A DNA stretch of 41,436 nt, taken from positions 1 through 41,436 of the forward strand of contig JAGLQT010000073.1 of the NCBI GenBank assembly GCA_023136715.1. Direction: 5' to 3'. The stretch's first letter is position 1; the number at the start of each line of letters is the position of its first letter. Source of the stretch: Gammaproteobacteria bacterium. GTDB lineage: Bacteria; Pseudomonadota; Gammaproteobacteria; SZUA-229. This document shows, piece after piece, positions 26,110-35,340 of the stretch. The notes below the pieces were generated by a model. The model did not search any database and was not told the origin of the DNA. It worked only from the letters and a program-made list of their open reading frames with translations. A program made the translations under genes and the position numbers.

Positions 26110-26182
26110 ATATTCTTTCAAATGTTCTGAACAGAACTGCTCAGAGGCGCGTATTTAAGCCGCTAGCCCGCTGTGAGTCAAG

Positions 26183-27253
26183 TTATTTCAGGTATTGCTG
26201 CAGGATATTTGTCACTGGTGTCGCCAGCGCGTAGTCATTCACCTGAACAGCATCGCACCAGTGCTGCTCGCTATCCTGCACTTTCCCTGAGACGGATACC
26301 ACCTGCACCCTGCACGGCGTAATATCGAGATGATAGTGGCTGAATGTGTGCCTGAATCCTGCCTGATCTTCAAGGCTTTCAATACGATGGCCCCAGTACT
26401 GCTCGCATTGTTGCGTTATATCCTGCTCCATTGCCAGTTCTGGCAGACTCCAGAGCCCGCCCCAGATACCGGTGGGTGGACGCTTTTCCAGCAGGACCTG
26501 ACCTTCCGCATTGGTCAGAAGCAGCATACGCACGGTTTTGACTGGCAGCTGTTTTCTGGGCTTACGTGTTGGTAACTCATCAACGCGTTGATTTTTAAGC
26601 GCCAGACACCCCTTTTGCAATGGGCATTGCTCACAATCGGGTGATGAGCGCGTACAAACGGTGGCGCCCAGATCCATCATCGCCTGCGTATAATCAGCTA
26701 ATCGATCATCAGGGGTACAGGCTTCAGCTTTCAGCCACAAAAGGTTCTCCACCGCCTTTTTTCCATACCAGCCCTCCACCTCAAAATAGCGGCTCAATAC
26801 CCGTTTCACGTTGCCGTCGAGGATGGCGTGTCTCTGGCCCAGCGACTGCGCCAGGATCGCACCAGCAGTAGAGCGACCGATACCTGGTAAGGCAAGAACC
26901 TCGTCATATTGCTCTGGAAATTTACCTTTATGTTGTTGATCAATCACTACAGCAGCTTTATGCAGGTTTCGGGCGCGCGTGTAGTAACCCAGGCCAGCCC
27001 ACAGCTTCAAAACTTCATGCTGCGATGCTTTGGCGAGGTCAGATAGTTCGGGGAATTTCGTTAGAAAACTCTGGTAATAAGGGATAACGGTGGTGACCTG
27101 CGTTTGCTGAAGCATAACTTCGGCCAGCCAGACCCGATACAAACTACGATCTTTTTGCCATGGCAGGTCGTGGCGACCATTTTGACTGAACCAGTCCAGC
27201 ACCTGTTTAGCAAAGGCGTTACCTATTTTTGTTATATCTGAAGCCTCAACCAC
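26183..27253 (-). CDS. mutY: A/G-specific adenine DNA glycosylase MutY
   Basis: HhH-GPD motifs (LPWQ..., YRVWLAEVMLQQTQV, LPGIGRSTAGAI), a 4Fe-4S cluster loop (CTRSSPDCEQCPLQKGC) and a C-terminal NUDIX-like domain. The GTG start lies 3 nt after the moaC stop. Confidence 0.92.
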   Translation of the reverse strand: MVEASDITKIGNAFAKQVLDWFSQNGRHDLPWQKDRSLYRVWLAEVMLQQTQVTTVIPYYQSFLTKFPELSDLAKASQHEVLKLWAGLGYYTRARNLHKAAVVIDQQHKGKFPEQYDEVLALPGIGRSTAGAILAQSLGQRHAILDGNVKRVLSRYFEVEGWYGKKAVENLLWLKAEACTPDDRLADYTQAMMDLGATVCTRSSPDCEQCPLQKGCLALKNQRVDELPTRKPRKQLPVKTVRMLLLTNAEGQVLLEKRPPTGIWGGLWSLPELAMEQDITQQCEQYWGHRIESLEDQAGFRHTFSHYHLDITPCRVQVVSVSGKVQDSEQHWCDAVQVNDYALATPVTNILQQYLK

Positions 27254-27256
27254 CGT

Positions 27257-27733
27257 CTAGCGCTGCCAGTCACCTGATTTGCCGCCGGATTTACTCAATA
27301 GCTGAATATCACTCATGCGCATCCCCCTATCCATGGCCTTGCACATGTCATAGATGGTTAGCAGGGTAATCTGCACTGTGGTCAGCGCTTCCATTTCAAC
27401 TCCGGTATTGCCGGTAGTTTCTACCGCGGCACGGCATAACACGCTGCAGTTTTCCTCATCGGGTATTAACTCAATATCGACGTGAGATAGCGCCAACGGG
27501 TGGCACAGGGGAATCAGTTCGGCGGTTTTTTTCGAGGCCATAATGCCAGCAACGCGCGCCACTGCCAGCACATCGCCTTTTTTGTTGTCGCCCTGCAGAA
27601 TACGCTGCAAAGTTTCAGCCTGCATGGTGATACTGCCATCGGCCACAGCTCGGCGATGCGTGAGCGCTTTATCGCCAACATCGACCATATGCGCTTCACC
27701 GCGTGCATTAAAATGATTCAATTTGTCACTCAT
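27257..27733 (-). CDS. moaC: cyclic pyranopterin monophosphate synthase MoaC
   Basis: The start is taken at M13 (MSDKLNHFN...). MoaC motifs are present ([45 protein letters not shown]). Confidence 0.92.
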   Translation of the reverse strand: MSDKLNHFNARGEAHMVDVGDKALTHRRAVADGSITMQAETLQRILQGDNKKGDVLAVARVAGIMASKKTAELIPLCHPLALSHVDIELIPDEENCSVLCRAAVETTGNTGVEMEALTTVQITLLTIYDMCKAMDRGMRMSDIQLLSKSGGKSGDWQR

Positions 27734-27843
27734 AACGATTCTCTGGACATTTGTATTGGTGGCTAGCATAGCAAGAGCGCACCACCATAAACAATAGCTC
27801 TATCTGGGTGACACACTATGAGCAAAACCGTTAACATGCATCT

Positions 27844-28074
27844 ATGAACATTCAAGTTAAATTTTTTGCCAGCCTACGCGAAAAGCTGGGTATTGAGTCC
27901 ACCAGTATTGATACCAGAACCGGGATTACGATCCGTGAGATATGGGATCAGGTCACCTCTGAAGATTACCCCGTTAATACGCTGTGTGCCATCAATATGG
28001 ATTACGCCAAACCGGATGATGTGGTCAGCGATGGTGACGAGGTGGCTTTTTTTCCGCCCGTGACAGGAGGCTAA
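27844..28074 (+). CDS. moaD: molybdopterin synthase sulfur-carrier subunit MoaD
   Basis: 76 aa with a ubiquitin-like fold signature (KFFASLRE) and a C-terminal ...FFPPVTGG. It lies immediately upstream of moaE. Confidence 0.9.
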   Translation: MNIQVKFFASLREKLGIESTSIDTRTGITIREIWDQVTSEDYPVNTLCAINMDYAKPDDVVSDGDEVAFFPPVTGG

Positions 28075-28075
28075 A

Positions 28076-28510
28076 GTGCCAGCCTTTTTATACGAGAAAG
28101 CTCTCGACCCGCTACGCGAAATCGAACAATACCAAAACCAGCATCTCCGCCCCGGCAGTTATGGTGCCACTGCTAATTTTATCGGCACCATGCGTGACTT
28201 CAACGCCGGTGATGATGTGCAGCTGATGACACTGGAACACTACCCTGAAATGACCCGGAAATTTCTCGACCATCTGTGCGATGAAGCATTTAGCAAATGG
28301 GACCTGGTCGATTGCCTGGTCATCCATCGTTTTGGTGAGATCAAACCCGGCGACCCGATTGTGCTTACCGTGGCCTGGTCAGCACATCGAAAAGAAGCTT
28401 TTGCTGCCTGTAGTTATTTGATCGAAGAGCTCAAAGCACGCGCACCATTCTGGAAGAAAGAAACTACCGGCAATAATGAGCGCTGGGTGCATGACGCACC
28501 CAGCAGCTAA
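28076..28510 (+). CDS. moaE: molybdopterin synthase catalytic subunit MoaE
   Basis: 144 aa with a GTG start 1 nt after the moaD stop. MoaE motifs are present (GATANFIGTMRD, LEHYPEMT, HRFGEIKPGD, APFWKKE). Confidence 0.9.
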   Translation: MPAFLYEKALDPLREIEQYQNQHLRPGSYGATANFIGTMRDFNAGDDVQLMTLEHYPEMTRKFLDHLCDEAFSKWDLVDCLVIHRFGEIKPGDPIVLTVAWSAHRKEAFAACSYLIEELKARAPFWKKETTGNNERWVHDAPSS

Positions 28511-28518
28511 CTACAAGG

Positions 28519-29880
28519 CTACTGAATTAGAATAAACAGGGCTGAGCGGCCACGCTGAATATTCAGCAGAATTTGCCTGTCCTTGTTACCGACAACCTTT
28601 TTAAAGTCTTCCAGCGTTTTTACCGCTCTGCGGTTCACCGAAAGAATAATGTCGCCTTTACGCAAACTTGAATTCCACGCCGGGCTACCCTGCTCGACCT
28701 CGGTCACCACCAGATAAACATCACCACCTTCATTCGATTGCTCAATGGTCGCCCCTGCTAAACGCGCATGAACTTTTTTACCTTCGACTACTTCTTCAGC
28801 CTGGTCTTTAATCACCGCAGTAAGGCTCTTGCGCTTGTTATCACGGATGACTTCCATTTTCATTTTTTCACCGACGCGTAACATTCCCACTGCATTACGC
28901 ATTGCCGAGGCACTCTTAATGGGCTCACCATTAATGGCGACCACCACATCCCCAGCTTCAAGTCCGGCCTCTTCTGCCGCTGAGTCTTCAATCACTTTTG
29001 AAATGACCACGCCTTGATGCAAATCGAGACCAAAAGCGTTGGCTAGCTCAGGCGTTAAATTCTGCATAATAACGCCCAGCATGCCGCGACGCACTTCGCC
29101 AAACTCAATCAACTGATCAACAATCTGGCGTACCATATTAATGGGGATAGCAAAACCGATGCCTACATTGCCCTGGCCACCCGCGGCAATAATGGCGGTA
29201 TTAATGCCAATCAATTCACCTTTCAAATTCACCAGCGCACCACCCGAGTTACCGGGGTTAATTGAGGCATCGGTCTGGATAAAATCTTCATAACCTTCTA
29301 TGCCCAGGCCTGTTCGACCCAGAGCACTAATGATGCCCGAAGTTACGGTCTGCCCCAGACCAAAGGGATTGCCAATCGCCACCACAAAATCACCAACGCG
29401 CAATTTATCGGAATTGGCCATGGCTATATCAGTGAGATTATCGGCTTTAACTTTGAGCAGAGCCACATCTGCTTCCGGATCAGAACCAACCAGAGTGGCT
29501 TCATACTGCTTGCCATCGTGCAGGGTGATCTGGATCTCATCAGCACCCTCAACCACATGATGATTAGTCACAATAAAGCCCCTGTCGGCATCAATCACCA
29601 CGCCAGAGCCCAGACTTTTGGTTTCATGGCGTTGCGGCATATTACCGAGCCCCTCAAAAAAACGCCTGAAAAATGGATCATTGAGCAAGGGATTGTTCTG
29701 CACATCAACATGCCCCTTAGTTGCAATATTCACTACAGCAGGGCGGGTACGCTCAACAATGGGAGCCAGTGTCGGTAAAGCTTCACCATTCACACTAACG
29801 GGCAAACTGGCAATCACCGAGCCTGAACTCAACGTTACAGCCGTCAACAAAAAGATCAATATAGGTCTCAAACTAAACAT
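28519..29880 (-). CDS. degQ: periplasmic HtrA-family serine endoprotease (DegP/DegQ/MucD type) with two PDZ domains
   Basis: Signal peptide and catalytic triad contexts (TNHHVV, DVALLKV, GNSGGALVN), followed by two PDZ-like segments. 453 aa. Confidence 0.9.
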   Translation of the reverse strand: MFSLRPILIFLLTAVTLSSGSVIASLPVSVNGEALPTLAPIVERTRPAVVNIATKGHVDVQNNPLLNDPFFRRFFEGLGNMPQRHETKSLGSGVVIDADRGFIVTNHHVVEGADEIQITLHDGKQYEATLVGSDPEADVALLKVKADNLTDIAMANSDKLRVGDFVVAIGNPFGLGQTVTSGIISALGRTGLGIEGYEDFIQTDASINPGNSGGALVNLKGELIGINTAIIAAGGQGNVGIGFAIPINMVRQIVDQLIEFGEVRRGMLGVIMQNLTPELANAFGLDLHQGVVISKVIEDSAAEEAGLEAGDVVVAINGEPIKSASAMRNAVGMLRVGEKMKMEVIRDNKRKSLTAVIKDQAEEVVEGKKVHARLAGATIEQSNEGGDVYLVVTEVEQGSPAWNSSLRKGDIILSVNRRAVKTLEDFKKVVGNKDRQILLNIQRGRSALFILIQ

Positions 29881-29906
29881 AATATCTCCTTAATTTATTT
29901 CATCAC

Positions 29907-29933
29907 ATCGACAGTATCGATACACAAAAGTTC
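29907..29933 (-). promoter_or_regulatory. candidate sigma-E (RpoE/AlgU)-type promoter for the HtrA protease gene
   Basis: The minus strand reads cGAACTT-N16-TCGAT. It lies about 27 nt upstream of the ATG, which has an AAGGAG SD. It resembles GAACTT-N16/17-TCnnA. Pattern matching only. Confidence 0.3.
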
Positions 29934-30053
29934 GAAAGCCTGAGCATGCGGATTATCAGCGAATTTACCATAACTTTAAAGCCACTTGATGTTAGATTCA
30001 TGAACTGATATCTTCACGATCTTTATTATTAATACCAACAAGGATCAATACTC

Positions 30054-30746
30054 ATGCGTTCTTCTTATCTTCTAGCACTTGCTTTTGTGCTACCCATAAT
30101 CTCCTGCGCAGCAGATCATAGCCTCGACACTCTTGAGAAAAAAGCCAGTTACAGCATTGGCGTTGATTTTATCAATCGTATGCAGGCACAAAACGCTGAA
30201 ATAGACGTTGATGCTTTCATTCGAGGCATCAGTGATGCTTCATCTGGAAAAGAAACAGCCATGACCCAGCCAGAAATGACTCAGACAATAAAAGATTTTC
30301 AACAACATGTTACTGAATTACGCCAGGCAAAACAAAAAGAGCTGGCTTCTAAAAATATTGAAGCAGGCAAGGCTTTCTTAGCTACTAATGCTAGCAATGA
30401 GGGCGTTATTACCACCGAAAGTGGCCTGCAATATAAAATTATAAAAGAAGGTACAGGCGATTCGCCCAAGCTGGAAGATACTGTTGTAACAAACTATGAA
30501 GGACGTCTTATTGATGGACAGGTTTTCGATAGTTCTTACAAACGCAAGCAACCCGCCACTTTCCCGGTTAAGGGTGTAATCAAAGGCTGGACAGAGGCTC
30601 TGCAACTAATGAAAACTGGTGCTAAATGGCAGTTGTTTGTACCTGCTGACATTGCTTATGGCGCATCTCAGCGCGGAAAACTCATACAAGCCAATTCAAC
30701 TTTGATTTTTGATATTGAGTTATTAGAAATAAAAGCGGCTAAATAA
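30054..30746 (+). CDS. FKBP-type peptidyl-prolyl cis-trans isomerase (FkpA/Mip-like), possibly a lipoprotein
   Basis: Signal sequence with a possible lipobox (PIISC), a helical dimerisation region and a C-terminal FKBP domain (YEGRLIDGQVFDSS, VIKGWTEALQLM, LIFDIELLEI). Confidence 0.88.
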   Translation: MRSSYLLALAFVLPIISCAADHSLDTLEKKASYSIGVDFINRMQAQNAEIDVDAFIRGISDASSGKETAMTQPEMTQTIKDFQQHVTELRQAKQKELASKNIEAGKAFLATNASNEGVITTESGLQYKIIKEGTGDSPKLEDTVVTNYEGRLIDGQVFDSSYKRKQPATFPVKGVIKGWTEALQLMKTGAKWQLFVPADIAYGASQRGKLIQANSTLIFDIELLEIKAAK

Positions 30747-30753
30747 TGAAAAC

Positions 30754-30797
30754 AGTACTTCTGTTTGAATGATGCGATTTATTCAGACAGAAGTACT
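30754..30797. terminator. long perfect-stem hairpin between convergent FKBP and AI-2E transporter genes (putative bidirectional terminator or structured element)
   Basis: AGTACTTCTGTTTGAAT (30754-30770) pairs with ATTCAGACAGAAGTACT (30781-30797). This gives 17 bp, one of them a G-U pair on the plus strand, with a 10-nt loop. There is no clean U-tract on the plus strand and only GTTTTCATT on the minus strand. Confidence 0.45.
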
Positions 30798-30883
30798 CAA
30801 CATTAAATGGTCACCGTGCATTGCACCCTATGCACCTTTGAAATAAATATTTTTACTGCCCATCGTTTGTTACAACTCAACAT

Positions 30884-31906
30884 CTAATCGGCAGACCCTA
30901 GAAGCGCACCCAACCACTGGCTTTCTTTTTTGCTATCCAGTGCTAATTTTACGGCAACCGTTAAAGGTACGGATAACAACATACCTGCCGTTCCCAGCAC
31001 CCAGCCCCAGAATACGAGAGACAGAAAAACTACCAGCGCAGATAAACCCAAACCTTTTCCCATATATTTCGGCTCGACAACATTACCCATAATAACGTTG
31101 ATCACCAGATAACCGGACATAACTAGTATGGCTGTACCCGTATCCATCTGCACCAATGCCAGTAACACAGCGGGTACTGCCGCTATGATAGAGCCAATAT
31201 TCGGCACATAATTTAACATGAAGGCCAGCACACCCCAGAGCGCAGGGTAATCTACACCTAATAGCCATAACCATAACGCCACCAGAACGCCTGTTACTGC
31301 GCTCATCCATGTTTTAATACTCATATACCTTCTGAGCTTTTCCGTAAACACCGTCGAAAAATTACGACCTTCCTGGTTACCACCTATGGCTTCTATTTTT
31401 TTAGAAAAAGTCGCCGCTTCCAGCAAAATAAAAATCACCGTTAATAATATTAAAAATGAGTTTGTCAACACATTACCAAAACCTGACAATATTGAAGCCA
31501 CCATTCTCATTGCTGATTTTGGATCGATATTGGAATTTAAATAATCTGATGGCAGTGCAATACCCTGTGTTGCCAGCCATTGAATTAAAGCTTGCCACTG
31601 CTGCGTAATGCGTAACTGATAAGCAGGCAGGTTTCTTGAAAAATCATCAGCCGAACTCCCAATCAATACAGCTATGCCCAGGCCAGCAATCATGACCAAA
31701 GCCACCACTACAAACAAGGAAGCAATTTCACCTACTCCTTTCTTCTGCAAACCCAGCATTACCGGCAAACATAAAATCGCAATAAATACTGAAAGAAAAA
31801 ATGGCACAAGTAATGATGCAGCCTGTTTCATACCAGCAACAACAATCACAAGAGCAGCGGCAACTAATATTGCTCTTGATGTTTTAGAAAACCCTGTATC
31901 TTGCAT
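30884..31906 (-). CDS. AI-2E family transporter (PerM-like permease)
   Basis: 340 aa with 7-8 TM helices and a family-typical C-terminal half (NYVPNIGSIIAAVPAVLLAL, GNVVEPKYMGKGLGLSALVVFLSLVFWGWVLG). Confidence 0.85.
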   Translation of the reverse strand: MQDTGFSKTSRAILVAAALVIVVAGMKQAASLLVPFFLSVFIAILCLPVMLGLQKKGVGEIASLFVVVALVMIAGLGIAVLIGSSADDFSRNLPAYQLRITQQWQALIQWLATQGIALPSDYLNSNIDPKSAMRMVASILSGFGNVLTNSFLILLTVIFILLEAATFSKKIEAIGGNQEGRNFSTVFTEKLRRYMSIKTWMSAVTGVLVALWLWLLGVDYPALWGVLAFMLNYVPNIGSIIAAVPAVLLALVQMDTGTAILVMSGYLVINVIMGNVVEPKYMGKGLGLSALVVFLSLVFWGWVLGTAGMLLSVPLTVAVKLALDSKKESQWLGALLGSAD

Positions 31907-31918
31907 ACTCTTCCCCTG

Positions 31919-33121
31919 TTAAACTTTGCTATCTAAATCATGATCCAGTAATTCATCATCCTGATCATCCAGCTCAACTTTTTCTATTTTTTCAAAACGA
32001 CTGCTGATTTTCTGCGCCGAAGTATTTACTTTACCGACATCATCATGCGCCATTCGAATATGCTTCGATAAATCATCCATACGATTTTTAAAACGACCAA
32101 AGTCTTTTGATAAACCCACCAGATGCTCCTGTATCAAATGCACCTGCTTACGAGTAGCCGCATCTTTGAGTACCGCGCGCACCGTTGTTAATACCGCCAT
32201 TAAGGTGGAGGGCGACACCATCCATACACGCTTCCGATGCGACTCTTCAACCAGTTCAGGCTGATGCGCGTGTATCTCCGCAAACACCGCTTCAGCAGGA
32301 ATAAACATCATCGCGCTATCGGAAGTTTCGTTAGCAATAATATATTTTTCTGAAATATCTTTAATGTGTTTTTTTACGTCCTGACGAAATTGTCGTTCTG
32401 CTGCCTGGCGATCTGATTCTGCCAGTTCGTTATCCATCATGCGCTTATAAGAGTCCAGCGGAAATTTGGAATCCACCGCCAGATCACCAGTCGGCTCCGG
32501 CAAAAATAACATGCAATCTACGCGTGTGCCGTTAGACAAACTGTGCTGCAAGGCAAAACTATTTTCCGGCATCATATTACGCACCAACGCTGCCATCTGC
32601 ACTTCACCAAAAGCACCACGTGAACGCTTGTCGGATAACACTTCCTGTAAGCTCACCACATTAGTAGAAAGCTCGGTAATTTTTTTCTGCGCCTCATCTA
32701 TCTTGGCCAAACGCGATACCACATCGGTAAAAGTTTCCGTGGTTTTCTCAAAGCCTTTGCTCAATCGTTTCTCAACCTGACCGCTGATCTCATTTAATCG
32801 CTGGTGCAATAATTCCTGCATCTGTTTGTTGGACTCGGCCATTTTTTCAATACTGGCCTGGCCCATCTCACCCAGTCGTTTTTCAATGCCATGCTGCATC
32901 TCACCAAAGCGTTGCTCAAACTTACTCTGCATATCAGCCAGACTAGAGAGTTGTGAATCACGCGCTTCACCTAGCTTTTTATCCATATTCTGGAACTGCC
33001 GGTTCTGTTCGTCATTTCGCATATCTGTACGTTCCTGCTGTCCGCGCATACGCCACAGAAAGCCAGCAACCGCCAACAACAAAACCAGCATTAAGAAATC
33101 AATTACGTTTATTTCACTCAT
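31919..33121 (-). CDS. rmuC: DNA recombination protein RmuC
   Basis: The start is taken at M16 (MSEINVIDFL...), preceded by AGGA. It has an N-terminal TM, a long coiled coil and a conserved RmuC C-terminal domain (RGAFGEVQM, VDCMLFLPE, AMMFIPAEAVFAE, VSPSTLMAVL). Confidence 0.9.
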   Translation of the reverse strand: MSEINVIDFLMLVLLLAVAGFLWRMRGQQERTDMRNDEQNRQFQNMDKKLGEARDSQLSSLADMQSKFEQRFGEMQHGIEKRLGEMGQASIEKMAESNKQMQELLHQRLNEISGQVEKRLSKGFEKTTETFTDVVSRLAKIDEAQKKITELSTNVVSLQEVLSDKRSRGAFGEVQMAALVRNMMPENSFALQHSLSNGTRVDCMLFLPEPTGDLAVDSKFPLDSYKRMMDNELAESDRQAAERQFRQDVKKHIKDISEKYIIANETSDSAMMFIPAEAVFAEIHAHQPELVEESHRKRVWMVSPSTLMAVLTTVRAVLKDAATRKQVHLIQEHLVGLSKDFGRFKNRMDDLSKHIRMAHDDVGKVNTSAQKISSRFEKIEKVELDDQDDELLDHDLDSKV

Positions 33122-33202
33122 ATTCCTGTCTTTAAATGTATTTCCGGTTCGTGTTATCTTACACACAATTCATTATTAAACGCACTAATCCAGTATTCCT
33201 GT

Positions 33203-33535
33203 ATGAACACCGTTCTCTGTTCCACTTCAGATATTCCAGATCCTGGCAGTAAAGCATTCCAGCTTGAGCATAACAACGAAATACTAGATATTTTTGTGAT
33301 TCATAAGGATGGTGAATTTCACGTTTTCATCAACAGCTGTCCACACACCGGTGTCAATCTTGAATGGCAGGAAGATCAATTTCTCGATGCTGAGCAAAGC
33401 TTTATCCAGTGCGCCAGCCACGGTGCACTTTTTGAAATAGCGACAGGTCATTGCATCCACGGTCCCTGTGCAGGTGATCGACTCACACCAATAAATATCG
33501 AGATTATTGATAACACGATTATTTTACTAATCTAA
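33203..33535 (+). CDS. small Rieske [2Fe-2S] domain protein
   Basis: 110 aa with Rieske ligand motifs CPHTG...CASHGALF. Confidence 0.85.
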   Translation: MNTVLCSTSDIPDPGSKAFQLEHNNEILDIFVIHKDGEFHVFINSCPHTGVNLEWQEDQFLDAEQSFIQCASHGALFEIATGHCIHGPCAGDRLTPINIEIIDNTIILLI

Positions 33536-33558
33536 ATCCACTCTTTTCTAGTCAACAC

Positions 33559-33601
33559 TTGACATCATCACCAACAAGCACTAAGTTAGTGATCGTTCAC
33601 T
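33559..33601 (+). promoter_or_regulatory. candidate sigma-70 promoter of tusA with an adjacent inverted repeat
   Basis: TTGACA (33559-33564), a 17-nt spacer and TAAGTT (33582-33587). The inverted repeat AGTGA-N4-TCACT (33588-33601) overlaps the inferred start site. AAGAGG SD precedes ATG 33643. Confidence 0.4.
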
Positions 33602-33642
33602 TTCTTTGTGACTAACACTATATAAAAATTAAGAGGTTTATT

Positions 33643-33873
33643 ATGAGCGATTTTGATTCAGAACTGGATGCCAGCGGCCTGAACTGCCCACTTCCAATTT
33701 TGCGCGCCAAGAAGGCTATTGCCGGTCTTGAAGACGGTCAAACACTTAAAATCATCGCAACCGATCCAGGTTCTGTGAAAGATTTTGAAGCTTTCTGCAA
33801 GCAAACAGGCAATACACTGCTTTCAAGTGGTGAAGAAGGCGGTAAATTTGTCTTCATGATTAAGAAGTCTTAA
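33643..33873 (+). CDS. tusA: TusA-family sulfurtransferase (sulfur carrier)
   Basis: 76 aa. LDASGLNCPLPILRAKKAI contains the conserved CP(L/x)P active-site Cys. Typical TusA/SirA length. Confidence 0.85.
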   Translation: MSDFDSELDASGLNCPLPILRAKKAIAGLEDGQTLKIIATDPGSVKDFEAFCKQTGNTLLSSGEEGGKFVFMIKKS

Positions 33874-33913
33874 TCATCTCTGCCTCTCAGGGCTTGTTAG
33901 TCGTTACGCCATT

Positions 33914-34576
33914 ATGAGCACACGCTTACCAGGCCCTGAGCGCAGGCAGTCCATTCTTAAAGAATCCCAGCGACTATTCGCCGAAAAAGGATTCCATGGC
34001 GTTTCCATCGATGAAATCGCCCGCGCGGTAAGCGTCAGCCCCGCCATTCTGTATCGACACTTTGATTCCAAACAGGCGCTCTACGACGCTGTTTTACAGG
34101 AACTCTCCTCACAACGTGAAAGTTATGTCGACGCTGTCGTCAACAGCGATGCCAATTTTGAGGAAGTTCTAATCGGCATGACCGAAGTGTTTATCCGTAG
34201 TATCGGCGAAAACCCCAATTTGTTGCGCATTGAGATGCAAAGCTTATTAGATGGCAACCCTGCTACCAGTGAATTTTTTGAAAATCGCTGGAAAAGTTTC
34301 GCTGACTACATCAATTTCAGTCTAAATGAACGCCTGGCTTACGATCTTGCCGACCGAGAAATCACTATTTTATCTGCTAGCCTTATGTTTCAGGGCATGG
34401 TTCGTGAAGCACTGCTACAGAAATATTTACAGCCCCAGGATCGCCTGGTTGACATCAGCCTGACCGAGCTCAGCCGTGAGCTGGTCACACTCTTTCTTAG
34501 AGCCATCGGCATTTACGAATCAAGACTCGCGCAAAAAGAGTCAAATCAAATTAAATCAAAATACCCGGTAAGCTGA
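33914..34576 (+). CDS. TetR/AcrR-family transcriptional regulator
   Basis: N-terminal HTH (LFAEKGFHGVSIDEIARAVSVSPAILYRHFDSKQALY). 220 aa. Confidence 0.88.
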   Translation: MSTRLPGPERRQSILKESQRLFAEKGFHGVSIDEIARAVSVSPAILYRHFDSKQALYDAVLQELSSQRESYVDAVVNSDANFEEVLIGMTEVFIRSIGENPNLLRIEMQSLLDGNPATSEFFENRWKSFADYINFSLNERLAYDLADREITILSASLMFQGMVREALLQKYLQPQDRLVDISLTELSRELVTLFLRAIGIYESRLAQKESNQIKSKYPVS

Positions 34577-34635
34577 CAGACTGATATTTTTCAGCTAAAT
34601 TACTGCCACCTCGAATTCTCAATTAAATATTTATT

Positions 34636-35340
34636 ATGAAAAAATATATCTTCGCTGGCTTAGCACTTTTCCTGGGCCTAGGTTCTGCTCTCCTTTTTGT
34701 TGAATTATCACAAACCTATTCAACTTTAACCGACGATGAAGCTACGGAAATCCAATCACCAGCCATACTGACAGACCCAGCAGACATGGGCACCATTATC
34801 AATGTAAAAATGGAAACTTCGATGGGTGAAGTCATGCTGGAACTTTATCCTGATAGAGCACCAGAGACAGTTAAGAATTTTCTCTACTACACCAATGCAG
34901 GTGAATATGATGGAACCATTTTTCATCGCGTTATTAAAAATTTCATGAATCAGGGTGGTGGCTTTACCACCGATTACAAACAAACTGAGATGCAACGGCC
35001 GATTTCCAACGAGGCATTCAATGGCTTGAGCAACCTACGTGGCACAATTGCCATGGCGCGTACCAGTGCGCCTCACTCTGCCACCAAGCAATTTTTTATC
35101 AATACCGCCGACAACACCTTTCTTGATCACACCGGAAAAAACATGAGTGGTTGGGGTTATGCCGTATTTGGAAAAATCGTCAGTGGCATGGATGTAATGA
35201 ACAATATATCTAACGTACAGACAGGTGATGCCGGCCCATTTGATCAGGATGTGCCTGAACAGCAAATCATCATTTTAAAAATGTTAGAAGATAAATCTTC
35301 AACTGAAGCAGCTAGCACGGAACCTCTAGCTACGGAATAA
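34636..35340 (+). CDS. cyclophilin-type peptidyl-prolyl isomerase with an N-terminal signal/anchor
   Basis: Cyclophilin motifs (YDGTIFHRVIKNFMNQGGGF, GTIAMARTSAPHSATKQFFIN, YAVFGKIVSGMDV) with an N-terminal hydrophobic segment. Confidence 0.88.
   Translation: MKKYIFAGLALFLGLGSALLFVELSQTYSTLTDDEATEIQSPAILTDPADMGTIINVKMETSMGEVMLELYPDRAPETVKNFLYYTNAGEYDGTIFHRVIKNFMNQGGGFTTDYKQTEMQRPISNEAFNGLSNLRGTIAMARTSAPHSATKQFFINTADNTFLDHTGKNMSGWGYAVFGKIVSGMDVMNNISNVQTGDAGPFDQDVPEQQIIILKMLEDKSSTEAASTEPLATE

Noticed and set aside
26052-26234. 60-aa plus-strand ORF overlapping tRNA-Phe.
   Set aside because: It is antisense to a perfectly folding tRNA and to the mutY 3' end. It has no motifs and is a chance ORF.
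27770-27843. A possible Moco riboswitch upstream of moaD.
   Set aside because: The gap is only 74 nt and must also hold the divergent moaC promoter. No conserved Moco-motif elements were recognisable. It is too short for the roughly 130-nt aptamer.
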